Source of the DNA: Callorhinchus milii
Taxonomy: Eukaryota
Direction: 5' to 3'
Length of the DNA stretch: 64,000 bases
Assembly (NCBI RefSeq): GCF_018977255.1
Contig: NW_024704742.1
Location: forward strand, 99,016,001-99,080,000
Positions within the stretch are counted from its first letter, which is position 1; each line of letters opens with the position of its first letter. Shown piece by piece: positions 51,532 to 64,000 of this stretch. The notes beneath the pieces were generated by a model. That model worked only from the letters and a program-made list of their open reading frames with translations. It ran no database searches and had not been told where the DNA came from. Made by a program: the position numbers and the translations under genes.

Positions 51532-53905
51532 CAACTGGCAATCTTGCCAGACTTCAGGATTGAGAATTCTGCAACAAAGAGTTCTATCCAAAGATAGTTT
51601 AATTCTGTACGCTATCTTGTTCAAGGAAGATAGCCTGAGTATTTACAGTAGAGTGACGCATTGGATTTTAAACAATTTGGTAATTGTCGGTTCTTATAAA
51701 ATTGTGTATTCTTCATTGTTACAGTTACACTGTAGTGTTTGCCCAACAATGCATTGGCAGATTTCAACTGTACTTAGTCATAATAATGCTCTTTACACAT
51801 GTGACTGATAACATTGTCTTGATATATTCTGTTTTTCTTGCCCTGATAGATCAGGTCATATACTCAGTCTAAACCATGTACTTTTTTACATATTGGTAGG
51901 ATGTGACTGAGCACTTTCACACTTCTGATTAATAGCTTGGTAAGTTTGGACAGTTTTGTTCCAATTTTCCTGCTGATGCAACCAATTATCTCCATTTCTT
52001 CAGTTGTCTTTGAAAAGCTGATGATGTTTTTTTTAATCATTATAAGGATACTAACATTTGATATTTCCACAAATCAAAATGCTATCGTATAGGCGGGGTC
52101 AGTGTGATCAGTTTCTCAGTAGCACTTTTTAACCCCTGTGTTAATCATGTTACTGCTATGTAGTAATGCAATCAATTCCTTTGTGTATTCCATCAGAATT
52201 GATCGAGACAGCTTTTCCAGTTTGATACAAAAAGGCCATTTGAGTATACCTTTAACGTTGGTGTGTGTGTGTGTGTGTGTACATTATATATAAAAAAAAC
52301 TAATGTGATTTTTCCAATCTGTCTTAATCTGCTACAAAGCATGTTTGAATCATAACAACAACAACTTGCATTTACATAGCGCCCTTCAAGCGGGGTAGAG
52401 TATCAGAGCACTTCATAGTGGCGGAGTCTAACACAAGCCAGGGGGGGAGGGAGTGGGTAGGTGGTCGCAAGTATGATCAAAAAGGAAAGTCTTTAGGTGG
52501 GATTTGAAGGTGGATAGTTTATGACGTGTGTTTTTCTATCCAAAGACACACATCATATTCAGAGCCTGGCTATAAAAGTTTCCATGACTAATGCACCAAA
52601 TCTAAAATGAAGTAGACAATGGGGTATGATTTGCAGTTTACTTAACAATTCCTGTCAATCCACAGGAACCCTGCACCAGAACAACATTGTTTTGGAGTAG
52701 AGTTTCCACTATCAGTGGGACGTACTTCCGCTTATCAGAAGGAGCCCCCGTTTGCTGACTGATTGCATTAATACTACAAATTGGCCTCAGATGTTTGTAT
52801 GTTTTAATTTTATGTTTTATTTTATCTTGAATTGGAGCTACAGTATATCTTAAATCATTATACCAGTGCTCTAATCTCAAAATGTGCTTGAGTTCTTAAT
52901 TGTGTGCAGCTTGTGATTGGCACTTTTATGAAAATAGTTAAATATCTAATTCTTTAGTGTGTATAATCAGAGGTCTGAAACCTCAAACAGGTTTGACGCC
53001 TAAATGGAATATTTTTTTTCTCTCTCCCGAGGTTAATCATGTGAATGTATTGGAAGCTCGAATGCTGTTCTATGGACTGCTTAACTGTGCTTTTTAAGGC
53101 ACGTGTAAACTACAAGTTATAAATTGGTCAACTTTATCTTTGTGGGTTGGAACCAATTGCAGATACACTTGGAGGAAGATTCACATTTATCGTGTAAATC
53201 TGTTTCCAGAATTGTGTAGTAAATCATGTATCTTCCATTACTTGAAGTGTGTTTTCCCCCAAAGTAACCAGGTGGAACTGCTTAACTTTTCAGTTAATGT
53301 TTAGTTTGATGTGTTGCTTTTCTGTTATAAAAGGTAAAATTTTGATAGTGCATTTAGAAATGTCGTCTAGACACAAAATTCTTACTAATCTGAACAAATT
53401 GCATCATAAGTGAAGTATATATGCAACATTTTAATATGGGGCCAATGGCAATAGAGGGAAGGGGGATATTGTGCCACTCTAAACAGAAGTGTTGGCTCTT
53501 AACACTCTAAATTTCTACCTCCAGGAAAGTTTATGTAGATGCAAAAATCACCCATATTGTGCCATTTTCATTAATTCCTGAATATTACATTTCCAGATCT
53601 ACATGTAATGTGAGCAGTGATTTTATTATATTTGTAAAATCCCAGGAATCAGAATTTGGGAGAAAATGAAATAACGCATTTGTTTTCTGAAAACTGAGGC
53701 CAGTGTGGTATTCAATTATGCCTGTGGTCATGACTTCATTGTTGTTCTGTTAGTCTGGCAACCAGTGAAGCACAACAACACTTGGATTTTCTCTTTCCTC
53801 TTGGTCGTTCACTTGTACAATATGATTAATATATTTACAGATTTTTTTTGTATTAACCAAGAACATTTATTGAAAGGAGAAATAAAACTTTGGCATACAA
53901 AATGC
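51532..53905 (+). other. MARCHF3: Probable MARCHF3 3'UTR, candidate AATAAA at 53881-53886
   Basis: AT-rich, mostly repeat-poor sequence after the stop codon; the 3' end is inferred from the hexamer only. Confidence 0.45.
52260..52280. repeat. (GT)n microsatellite
   Basis: About 10 GT units. Confidence 0.95.
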
Positions 53906-54734
53906 ACATTGAATGAGCCATGTACTGATTTCCAGTAGCAGTTGATGCTCATTTCATAGTACCAGACACACCAAGAACTTTTAGAGGAACATTTCTAAGA
54001 TTTGCAGTCATAGACTGTAATGGTGGAAACTAATTTCCATCATCTCATGACATCTTAGTCAGACAGTTTGCTTTTAGACCATGACTTTCGAGTTAGATTA
54101 ATACTGCATACTTTGTAGTAAAGGCCATGAAAACAGCAAATGTGACCTGTGCTTCATTTTTATGCAGGATAAAGCTAGAGAACTGTTTAATTTATTTAGC
54201 TTTTGGTAAGCATTAAACCATAAAGGCTAGGTTTCATTCTGCAATTGTTTCTCCATTGGATGAAGTCTGATGCAGGGTTTGTTCATCGGTGCTCCATGTG
54301 TCGTAGAACCCCATCTATTGGTGACTCATTTACCACAGCAACATACATTTATATTTTGCCCACAAAATATAAAGTCAATTCACTTTACAGTATATTCTGT
54401 GAAGCACTCTCGAAGACGTGATAAGGCATTATATCAAAATCAAGGATTATTATTATATAGCACACCTTCATTTTTCCCTTATGTACTCCCCAAAACTTTT
54501 CTGGACACGACATTTCCACTTTCCCCTCCAAAAAAATTGTTGTATAGGGTTTATTTTGCTATGTTGATGGGGCTGACAGGGGAGTGGGAAAAACAAGTTA
54601 CCATCAATGTAGATCTTGAATCAGTGACTGATTCTATGTAAACTGATCCAGAAATAAAATACCCACAAAAAAGTTTTACACATCGACTGCAATCGTGCAA
54701 TCTGGCCTCCTCAGATCAGTCATCCAGCTCACAC

Positions 54735-54942
54735 CCTGCTCTTTTTGAGGTATGCCATGGAATCTTTCACATGCACCTGAACAGGTAGATGCAATCTCAC
54801 CTGAAGAACGGCACCTCTGACAATGCAACAGACCTCCAGCACTGCATTGGAGTGTCAGCTCAGACTGAGTTCAATATGGGGCTTGAACTCCCAACTTCTG
54901 GCTCGGAGATGAGGAGTGTTAAAAAATGAGCCAGACTGACAC
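54735..54942 (-). mobile_element. DeuSINE 5' part
   Basis: cacctgaacagg...cggcacctctgacaatgca...gagtgtcagc...tgagccagactgac. Confidence 0.65.
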
Positions 54943-55422
54943 ATGGATACCACCTACACATGGCAATGTACCTGTGTGGAATTAATGTACACTCTCCCTG
55001 GAGGGATGCATCCTCTTATTTAATTCCCCAGGGTACTGCTGGTGTTTAACCAGCTAAAATCATACAGCTTGCCATTGCGAGCGCTATTTGACAAACTTCC
55101 CATTGTGTATCCAACTGGTACCACCCTCCCTACGTGTCAGGAATTTGGATTGCAGGGTTAACCATGTGGGCAGAATCCCTGCCCTCAGTGACCAGTCTGC
55201 CAATGAGCCAGGCTGGATGGTCGATCAAATAACATCTGGAGTACTTGGACCGACCTTGCTCAGGAACTAAAACAAATAATCCAAATTGATTGTAGAACCG
55301 AAGTAGCTGGAATATTGGAAATTTAGTAAAATGCAAATAGAAAATAATTTAATTTTAAGTTTCAGAAATCACTGTTGCAAGGATAAGCTTTATACTTTCT
55401 AATTTAGCTGTTCTCTGAGCCT

Positions 55423-55442
55423 ACAGCGACATCTGGTGGCTG
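55423..55442 (-). promoter_or_regulatory. CTCF-binding motif between the convergent genes
   Basis: - strand CAGCCACCAGATGTCGCTGT closely matches the CTCF core CCAC/GYAGRKGGCRS. Confidence 0.65.
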
Positions 55443-55594
55443 GTGAGGGCTAGTTTTTGTGTCCTAAGGATCACCAGCACGTTTTTATCAAGGATAAATA
55501 TTTATTTCGATAAATTTAACACCTGTTGGCTTTCTAGCACAAATTTAAATATTAAGCAATCTCAATTCTAGCAGAACACTGAGGCATTAAAAAT

Positions 55595-55998
55595 TATAAT
55601 CTTTGCATTTGATATGATGGCTTTCATATTGGGAGAATATCCCTTAGCATGATTTACTGTAAAATGTGCTGTTAGCTAATGTGGCAGCCAATTTGCACAC
55701 AGCAGTGTCCCATATACATCTATGAAGTGAATGGCCATTTTTATCTTTCAGATTGTTGGCTAGGACACTGAGAAACTCCCATTTGTTTTTTGAAAAGTGC
55801 ATTGAAACCTTTAGCCGCCATCTAAACAAACATTTGGAACCTCAGTTTAGATGTCTGAAGCATTGCACCTCAAACATCATAGCGAACGCCAGCGCTGTAA
55901 TAGTGACAACTTACATGGAGTTCAAAGTTCTAGTGTGGGGTTTGAACCCATAACCTTTAACTTGGAGGCTAGTGTTACAGACTGCTTCCAGCTGACAC
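55595..55998 (-). mobile_element. DeuSINE, degraded
   Basis: Tail ataatctttgcatttgat through head gtttgaacccataacctt. Confidence 0.65.
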
Positions 55999-56424
55999 CT
56001 GTCATTAAATGGAAACTTAATATCTCCTATAAACTATGTAATTGGCTTTGCATGCTTTACACAAAAAAAGTGACCCAGGTGACTTCGCCACCGATAATCC
56101 TTCAGACTGGTCTGGTTTATTTTCTGAAAAGTTTTTATAGGTTCCTTCTAAATAATGAAAATGTATCTTGTCCACCCCGCCGTGATAAAAACCACGCAAT
56201 ACATTGAATGCATCAGTAATGTTTCCTTCTCCAAGATCACAAGTTCTGCTTTGCACATTTGATCTTCTGAATAATCCAGCTTTAGCTCTGGGGCCTCACC
56301 ACCTGTCTCCTCTGCACATTTCTGTCCTTTAACAAACTTGCCTTTCAAAGTGAGGAACAGAGGTTATTCAATATTGGAACAGTTACTTGCCATCAATGGG
56401 AAATCTTTACAATAATAAATTAGT

Positions 56425-57752
56425 TCACATCAAGGAGTTCACAGCACGGAAACTGCTCTGGTTAAGGTGACAAACAACATTTTCTCCATCTGTGACCAGG
56501 GCTCCTTCTGCCTCCTCGTCCTCTCTACTGCCTTCGATACTGTGGATCACACCACCCTCTTCCACCTCCTCTCCTCTCACCTCAACCTTCAAGGTTCTGT
56601 CCTTGAATGGTTCAGGTCTTATCTCACACACAATCTTCAATTTGTCTCCGTCAATGGTTTCTCTTCCAGCCCCTGCACAATCTTGTGTGGTGTTCCTCCG
56701 GGTTCTGTCCTCAGTCCCCTCCTCTTCATCCTCTATATGCTTCCCCTTGGTGACATCATCCGCAGACATGGGGTAAATTTCCACACGTGTGCAGATGACA
56801 CCCAACTCTTATCTCTCTGCATCCAATCTCGATTCCAGGACAACTGACGCCTGACAAGACTGTCTGTCTGACATCCAAGTCCTGGATGAGAGCCAACTTT
56901 CTGGAGCTGAATGTCAGCAAAACCGAGGCCCTCCTGATTGGCTCGCACCAGCGCCTCCGTACCTCAGGCACTGGCAGCACCAGCATCCACGGTTGCACAC
57001 TCCACCTCACCAATCCAGTCAGGAACCTGGGTGTCTTTTTCGACCCTCAACTGTTCCTTTCTCCCCCATATCCGTGCCATGACCCGCTCTGTCTTCCCCC
57101 ACCTCCGCAACATTGCCCAACTCCGCCACTGCCTCACCCCTCAGGCCGCCTAAACCGTCATACAGACATTCGTCACCTCAAGGCTACGGAAACTCCCTCC
57201 TGGTTGGCCTCTCAACTCTTCCCTCCACAAGCTGCAGATCATCCAGAACACTGCAGCTCATGTCCTCTCCCACACCAGACTCCATGACCTCATCACCCTC
57301 ACTCAGCTCCACTGGCTCCCCATCCCTCAGAGGATAGAATTCAAAATCCTCATCCTCACTATCAAGGCCTTTCACAGCTTTTCCCCCTCCTACATCTCTG
57401 ACCTGCTGACCTCCTATCAACTTGTCTGCTCCTTCCGCTCAGCAGGCTCTGGCCTGCTCCAGGTCTCCCGCCCGAGCCGCCCTACCATCGGCGGCCGAGC
57501 TTTCACCCTCTCTGCCCCCACCATTTGGAACTCCATCCCACAATCCCTTCGTCTTGCTCCCTCTCGTCTCGTTTAAGGCGCGACCCAAGACCGTCCTTTT
57601 TGACCGTGCCTTCAGCTGCCTTCCTAGCCCCTCTGCCCTCCCTCATGCCAACCCTGCCCCCCATACTCAGGTCACGATCCCTGACTGTTCAGCGTCTTAG
57701 CACGTCCTCTCACTGTGAAAGGCACTTTACAAATGTAATTTTGTTGTTGTTT
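56425..57752 (+). mobile_element. L2 LINE, 5'-truncated, frameshifted RT
   Basis: LSTAFDTVDH...GVPPGSVLSPLLFILYMLPLGDII...ADDTQL; NFLELNVSKTE; several frameshifts; (TTG)n tail. Confidence 0.93.
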
Positions 57753-57910
57753 TGTGTTGGAGAGCCTCTGCAGCACATGCAGGTGTTTATTTTTACACAT
57801 TAAAACATTTTCTCCACTTCTTATTTAGATAATGCAATTTATGTTGCTCAATTCATTCCAAATTGTGAAATGCCACGAAATGTTTTCAGTCCTGAATAAG
57901 GGAGGATATA

Positions 57911-57960
57911 CAGGGTGACCAAAAAGTCACACCACCATTTATTTTAATAATAATTACTTT
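57911..57960 (+). mobile_element. Possible Tc1/mariner terminal inverted repeat remnant
   Basis: TA|CAGGGTGACCAAAAAGT start resembles Tc1-family TIRs; no partner TIR seen. Confidence 0.35.
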
Positions 57961-58779
57961 ATATTTTTTCATTACTTCTTTAAGACTTATTAATGGTATC
58001 ACAACTTTATAGTCAGCCTGCATGTTCAATTCCAACTGTTCAGTTCACAATTCAGGTTGCACTCAGTGGTAGCAAAGAGAGAAGATAAATACTGACCGAA
58101 TAATCCAGCTACCCCGACTGCCACCCGAAAGGGCAAATGTCTACTTCTGCCAGATTAATGTCCACCAACATCACTGGACAAGCTTTTTTGGCCATTCTAT
58201 TCCTGTTCGCTGAACTCCATCCTGGAGTCCCTCTGTCTTGCCTCTTTCTGCCTTTAAATCTTTTTGACCTCAAGCCTTCCAGGCAACCGTTGAAAGTAGT
58301 TTCAGATGTCCTTGATGTGAAAGACACAATATAAATATCATTGTTGATGAAATACAAGTTCAAGTGCTTAACCACCCTGGAAAGACTTTTTCCCCCAAAG
58401 GAAATCCCAATACACCTTAAATGTATTCAAAAAGAGACATGTGTGGTTGTGTGAGGCAGAAGGGTGGGGTGGGGGAGTAGTATTTAATGCTTTAATCTCA
58501 GCCCTACAGCACATCCAGCACTTCCTTTAATTGACCACCAGCAGCCATGTTTCACACTCTGTCTCTCAACTCAATTGTACTGCCCTCCAAAATCCCTCTT
58601 TCTCAATATTTTCAAAACCTTCCTAGAAACCTAAATCTTCAATTGTGCCTTCAGTTATCTTTCTTCCTCCTCCTCCTCGCTCATCCTGTGAAGACATCCT
58701 ACTTTGACTAACTAATTGGCAAGTGTTGCACATCCTCTGTGACGTCCAGTTTCTGTATATACAATAATCCCAATTAAAT

Positions 58780-59105
58780 AATATTCCTTGCATTTGATAC
58801 ACCTTTCACACCAAGAAGATATCTCAAAGCACTTCACAGGATTTACTGCAATTTGCATCGACTGTTTTTGTAGACAAGCACGGCAGCCAATTTGCACACA
58901 ACAGCAGCCGCAAAGTAAATCGCCAATTTTATCTGGAGATTTGTTGGCCAGGACACCAGGAGAAACTCCCTTCTCTTTTTCAAAAGTGCCATGAAATATT
59001 TAATGTGCAGCTGAACAACACCTGCCAGCACTATAATGGAGTGTCTAAATTATGAGATCAAAGTCCCTCAGATGCAAGTGTGCTATTAACTGAACCAGGT
59101 TGACA
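58780..59105 (-). mobile_element. DeuSINE, degraded
   Basis: ttggccaggacaccaggagaaactccc...gtgccatg motif. Confidence 0.65.
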
Positions 59106-59304
59106 CCTCTATAGCACCTTTCCCTTAGAAGGATGTCTCAAAAGTGCTTCACAGGATTTATTGTGTGACTCTTTTTTATATATACATACACATGCACACA
59201 CATCAGGCAAATGTATTGAATGTAGGCAAGCAATTAATGTAGATACACAGCAACATAAGTGATGCATCAATATGCTAGCATTATACCTCAAGAATAAGTG
59301 CAAC

Positions 59305-60003
59305 ACATTTAATTAAACAATGTTTATTTTGTCCATCTTGTAAAGAAAATCCAGGTATGCAATTGCTAAGTTTAAAAACTAACATCTATATTCAGACTCA
59401 CTATGTTCCCACCCACTCAGGTGGGAAAGAGGGAGGAGGAAAAAGCCACAACAGAAGAATTTCCCTTCATCCCAATTTTTGTGGTACATTTTTACCATCT
59501 TCGTATAAACATTTAAAAAATTAAAATGTTGAGCTCAGTGCTGTATTTATAAATTTACAAAATGTTATTGAACTACTCCCCCCACAACAGCACCCATAAA
59601 CTCAAAATGAAGGCCTTGTCACAAATGTAGCTGCCTCTTTAAATGGCCAATTTAACAACTCATTACCTTTCCAACCTGTTTTTTTGTCTGTGGTAGTATC
59701 AGATAAAACTTTTGATTAAAAAAACGTCTGCGATTCACATTGTCTTTTTTTGCAGAAACACACTGGCTCCTTTAAACTCCAATCCCTGTTACTGTTCTAC
59801 AAAAAGCTCAGTAAAGCAAAAGAAATCGTAAAAAGGCCTGGAATCCAGTTTGTGCATTTTACAAAATAATGAAATTTAACAAAATACCTAAAATATTGAA
59901 TGTACAAGTCAATGTGAAATACAAAAATAGTTGTGAATCTGGATATAAAGTTTGACATAGGCAGCAATGAACTTTTTGTTTTTGAAGAAGTCTTGGAAGA
60001 CGA
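59305..60003 (-). other. LMNB1: LMNB1 3'UTR with poly(A) signal (AATAAA on - strand at 59323-59328)
   Basis: About 700 nt of repeat-free U-rich sequence after the stop; + strand tttatt at 59323-59328 is followed on the - strand by GU-rich sequence. Confidence 0.7.
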
Positions 60004-60045
60004 TCACATTACTGCACAGCTCCTGTTGGCTGCTCTTGGATCTCC
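60004..60045 (-). CDS. LMNB1: Lamin B1 terminal coding exon with CaaX farnesylation motif
   Basis: ttcttcag|GDPRAANRSCAVM*. The B1 assignment rests on the NRSCAxM ending and adjacency to MARCHF3. Confidence 0.94.
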   Translation of the reverse strand, partial: GDPRAANRSCAVM

Positions 60046-61270
60046 CTGAAGAACAGAGGATAAAACATTAAGAGGATTTGAAATAGTTAACTGGAAGGTT
60101 TCAAACAAACCAATTTCTACCCAAAGTGGTACCAATCTTCAACGTGCCTACAGTCACCTCCCCTTTCTTCCTAGGTTGTAGCCAAATTATATCATTGTTC
60201 AGCACTTTTGAGAAGCTACCCCATGTAAAGAGCGCTATATATAAATGCAAATTGTTGTTGTACCAAGAGTAATCCCTCCCCACTAAATTTATACCTCTGC
60301 CTAGCATTCTAACAGCCATCATTTACAATGTCACCCATGCCAAAACCACAAGGATTGTATATTTTTCATTGTAGTTTGAGATTTAGCTGCTGTAATCTGG
60401 CACTACAGGGCAAAGAAATACATCAAAATTAAACTTGGTCTTGTGCTTATAAATGATTTCAAAGCAAATTTAGGGAGTAGAGATCAGAGTGCCTTGGCTT
60501 CTTGTGAACTAAAGATCTCATTATGGCTAATAGAGCATCCGGTTTCAATTTCTAATGAGACAGTCAAACTAAAGATAGATATGCAAAACATCTCACCATA
60601 CTTCACTACGTAATTGCACCAAATGTAGACATTTTTTGCAGGAAAACAGCAACACATTTTCCACAAACCATGAAGTGAATGGCCAGTTGGCTAGGGCACC
60701 AGAAAAAAATCTTTTTGTTTTATTTTTGGTTTAACATCTGATCTGAAACGCTGCACTTTAACCTATTCATTTTCAATCAATACTAAACTCTTCACCAGAT
60801 ATCTAACCATTCTATTGCCATAATACAGCCACTGGGAAGAATCTGAAACATTCAAATATCTTGAATGTTAATTGAACCCATGATTCAACCAAATTCTACC
60901 CAAAGCCTTGAACCTTGACTAATGAGAACACTAAAGTAAAACAGCCTCAACTGGACCTCACAGACTAACACGATACCTTGAATAAGTGTGAAAACCTCAA
61001 TAGGACTGTTAAAATTGTACACTTGGAAAAATAGATGTAAGTTAAGATGAAGCTTTACACACAAGATGAAATTAGCGCACCCAAAGATCAGGTTACATAA
61101 TACAATACAAAATGACATTTGTAAAGCGCCTTTCACGTCGGGAGGACATCCCAAGGCACTGAACAGTCGGAGATTAGGACCCGAATAGGGATTAGAATAA
61201 AACTAGACCAGCACAGAAAGTGGTTTGACCATTGTTTAATGCAAACTGATCCTTCTATACTAGAACATAC

Positions 61271-61360
61271 CTGTTGATGAAAGAGATCCTCTTCTTGAAT
61301 CTCAACTTCTTCCTCCTCCGGCACAGTAGTTGTGTAAATAGTTGTTCTATCAGCCACTTC
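61271..61360 (-). CDS. LMNB1: Lamin B1 exon (acidic tail; equivalent to human exon 10)
   Basis: ctgtttttag|EVADRTTIYTTTVPEEEEVEIQEEDLFHQQ|gtatgt; 90 nt. Confidence 0.95.
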
Positions 61361-61804
61361 CTAAAAACAGAAAAAGTTTCCCCATTACAAAAAAAAGCTT
61401 GAATTGATTTTTTCATTTTTTTTGTTCCATTATAGGTGTTCCATTTCCAAACAAACCCAAATAAAACTACAAGAACTATAAAAAAATCTTTTCAAAATCA
61501 CTGTATAAGAGTGGTATTAGTGAAGGCTTATATTTTCTGTGAACATTGTTCTATGAGTCCTCCTGACATGAAAGGCAAAATCTTAAATGAACATTTGATC
61601 AAAGGTTTACCATTCATTAAACATGCCCCAACTCTGACCTCTGCTTTCTCAGCTCTCCCTTGAAACCTTGTTAAAGCTCAATATGAGCTAAATTGACTAT
61701 TCAGTTTTAATTGAATCTCACATTCCTGCGACCAAAGCTTTTGGTTTGAATACTTCCATACTGAGTATATAAACCAGTTTCCTCAAAACAATTTCAAGAT
61801 TTAC

Positions 61805-61924
61805 CTCTCCCTGAGAATTCTTCAGAATGACTTTCACATCTTCCCCAGTGCCCCAGGCAGGCTGGTTCTTCCAGATGAGGTTGGCAGGTGGACTCGATGT
61901 CACACCAGCATCGGTAGCCCAGAC
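61805..61924 (-). CDS. LMNB1: Lamin B1 exon (Ig-fold; equivalent to human exon 9)
   Basis: ctgcag|[40 protein letters not shown]|gtaaat; 120 nt. Confidence 0.96.
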
Positions 61925-63557
61925 CTGCAGATAAATAGTAATTATACATCATACTACATGGCAATATACCATCCTGGCCAGCAAGAGAAATCTCACTTCA
62001 CATTCGGCCCATGGTCTATGACTCATCTATCTTTATACTATTAAAACAACAATGTTTGTCTGTCTGTGCATGCTTCCAAGAAGGATCTCAATAACCGATT
62101 GACGTAGAGACATGATTTATCAGAAATCGGAAAGGTCTTGCAACTGGGAGTGACATGGGCATATTTGTTTTTGGATATCTCCTATCGTTCAGGAATTATG
62201 ACCTAAAATGTGTTTCAGTTTTGCATTTTACACTGCAGTTACACCTAATGGCCGCGTCTCTGCCCGAGGCATCCTGTGTCACAGAATATGCATGTAGCCA
62301 AGCGACGGGAGCAAAATATAGAACACAGATGAGGCTGAGCCACAGCAACAACAAAATTACATTTTTGAAGTGTCTTTCACATCGGGAGGACATCCCAGTG
62401 ATTATAAATTTTACATTTATATTTATCATTATAAAGATGCCTAAGCAAAAATCAAACCTTTCAAGGATAAAGAAAATTCCTAGCCAAAAGAGAGAAAGCC
62501 CATTAAATTAAACTGAAGAACAAAGAACAGCGCAGCTACACTTCAATGCTGAAAGGACTGCAACAAGTTGCCAAAATGAGTTGCCCACTCAAAGAACAGC
62601 ATGGTCAAAACAAGTCCTGCCACAGGAGTCCTCCCAGATGAGACTAGAGAGAAATGAAATGTCTGTCTGTGTGTCTGTCTGTGCATCAATCTACATTCCA
62701 TATTGGATCCTTTGGTTGCAAGAACAAGCACGGCCTGTAATAAAATCCAGTCTCCAAAGTCAAATTACAGATCTCCTAGTATTTTTCCTACCAGATTAAA
62801 ATACCATTTTCATGCTAAAATGGTTTACATATCCTTCCTTTAAGCTTGTATTTCCAGCTTTCAGTGAGTCCTCTATACAGACTGTCATGGGAAAATGTGG
62901 ATGGAAAAGGTTATTCCAAGATTCGCTGCTTTGTTTGTAAGCATGATCTCAAAATCTCCAACCCACTCATTACGACCTTTTCCATCCTTACCTTCCTACG
63001 GCTATTCCACATCTGCCAGTTGAGATAATGACCAAAATCCTAAAGGGCTTCTGAAACGTGAAATCCATGATAATGAGCTCAAGGGTTGGGAGGAAAGACT
63101 CCCAGCAACCCACTAAGGAGTCAAAATTGAGGCATGGGGGGGGGTGGAAACAAACTGGTCTTAGGCCAGCAATGAGAACTCCATTTGGATGCTGACCTCA
63201 GCTTTGACTAGCTTGAAGCCAGACATGGCCAATGAAAATTCCAGAGCGGAGGTCTCCAGAGCGGAGAAATTAGTTGCAGCCCAACCCAAAGACATCCTAA
63301 CCATATGGCACTGCAGAAACTCCCAACTAGAAAAGTCAGCTTTGTGTTACAGGTTGAGAATTCCATTTTCCCCAATCTACAGAGTTCTCCAATCACTGAG
63401 CTCAATACATTATAGTGGAACTTATGACCTTAGTAAATTCAAACATGGTATTCTCATCGATTCCCAAGCACTGGATCTTCAGGTGTATTTCAAATCCAGT
63501 ACTTCTGACACAGAGGCACAAGTTTGTGGAATTAAACCCTATATACAGTCTACCTAC

Positions 63558-63662
63558 CGTAGTGGCCTGTCCTGCCTTCAAAACATACTTTGCAGTAAAC
63601 TTGTAAGTAGCAGTCACATCCCCTATTTTTCTGGTCATTTCCCAGTTGCCCATAGGTTGATC
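63558..63662 (-). CDS. LMNB1: Lamin B1 exon (Ig-fold tail; equivalent to human exon 8)
   Basis: ag|[35 protein letters not shown]|gtaggt; 105 nt, phase 0. Upstream exons lie beyond the window end. Confidence 0.95.
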
Positions 63663-63745
63663 CTAAATTCAAAACAAAAGGTCAAAGTGAGGCAAACACC
63701 AACATTTCACCATTGGGGCAAACCTCTGGTCCATTTTATCCATAG

Positions 63746-64000
63746 AACAATAACTTGCACTTATATAGTGCCCTCCACCCAGAGTAACGTCTCAGAGTGC
63801 TTAAGAGTGGCGGAGCCTGACTAAGCTGGGAGGAAGGGGCCGTAAGCACAGTCGAAGAGGAAGGTTTTCAGGTGGGACTTGAAAAAGGGGAGAGAGGGGG
63901 CAAGGCAGAGGGATTGAGGGAAAGTGTTCCAGAGTTTCGAGGCATAGTGGCTGAAAGCACGACTTCCAATGGTGGGGCAGAGGGTGCAAGGGATGAGCAG
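63746..64000 (-). mobile_element. L2 LINE 3' fragment in an LMNB1 intron (runs off the window)
   Basis: Same subfamily as the 43002 and 28448 copies. Confidence 0.85.

Noticed and set aside
63189..63824. 211-aa + strand ORF
   Set aside because: Antisense to an LMNB1 exon, runs into an L2 tail, and has no recognisable domain; probably a chance open frame.

Overview
Vertebrate genomic DNA, most likely a cartilaginous fish (inferred from the SacSINE1-like DeuSINE, L2 and CR1 repeat landscape). Two genes lie tail-to-tail, as in human. MARCHF3 (MARCH3, RING-CH E3 ligase) is on the + strand with all four coding exons at 29679-29866, 33745-33949, 48246-48455 and 51379-51531 (756 nt, 251 aa, ending in the PDZ-binding motif ETIV). 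No first exon or promoter was identified, so the first ~29.6 kb is probably intron 1. The 3' end of LMNB1 (lamin B1) is on the - strand: four exons at 63558-63662, 61805-61924, 61271-61360 and 60004-60045, ending in the CaaX motif CAVM. The rest is intron/intergenic DNA with many retroposons: a young tRNA-Ala-derived SINE, an older DeuSINE, 5'-truncated L2 and CR1 LINEs, and several nested insertions. I found no convincing wholly new multi-gene system. The best leads are a chain of four ATGA-coupled uORFs just before the MARCH3 start codon, near-perfect hairpins consistent with template-switch origin (one pre-miRNA-sized), a modular/chimeric SINE, a strong CTCF motif between the two genes, and a miR-23 8mer in the LMNB1 3'UTR. 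Repeat boundaries are approximate and family names come from recalled consensus similarity, not a database search.
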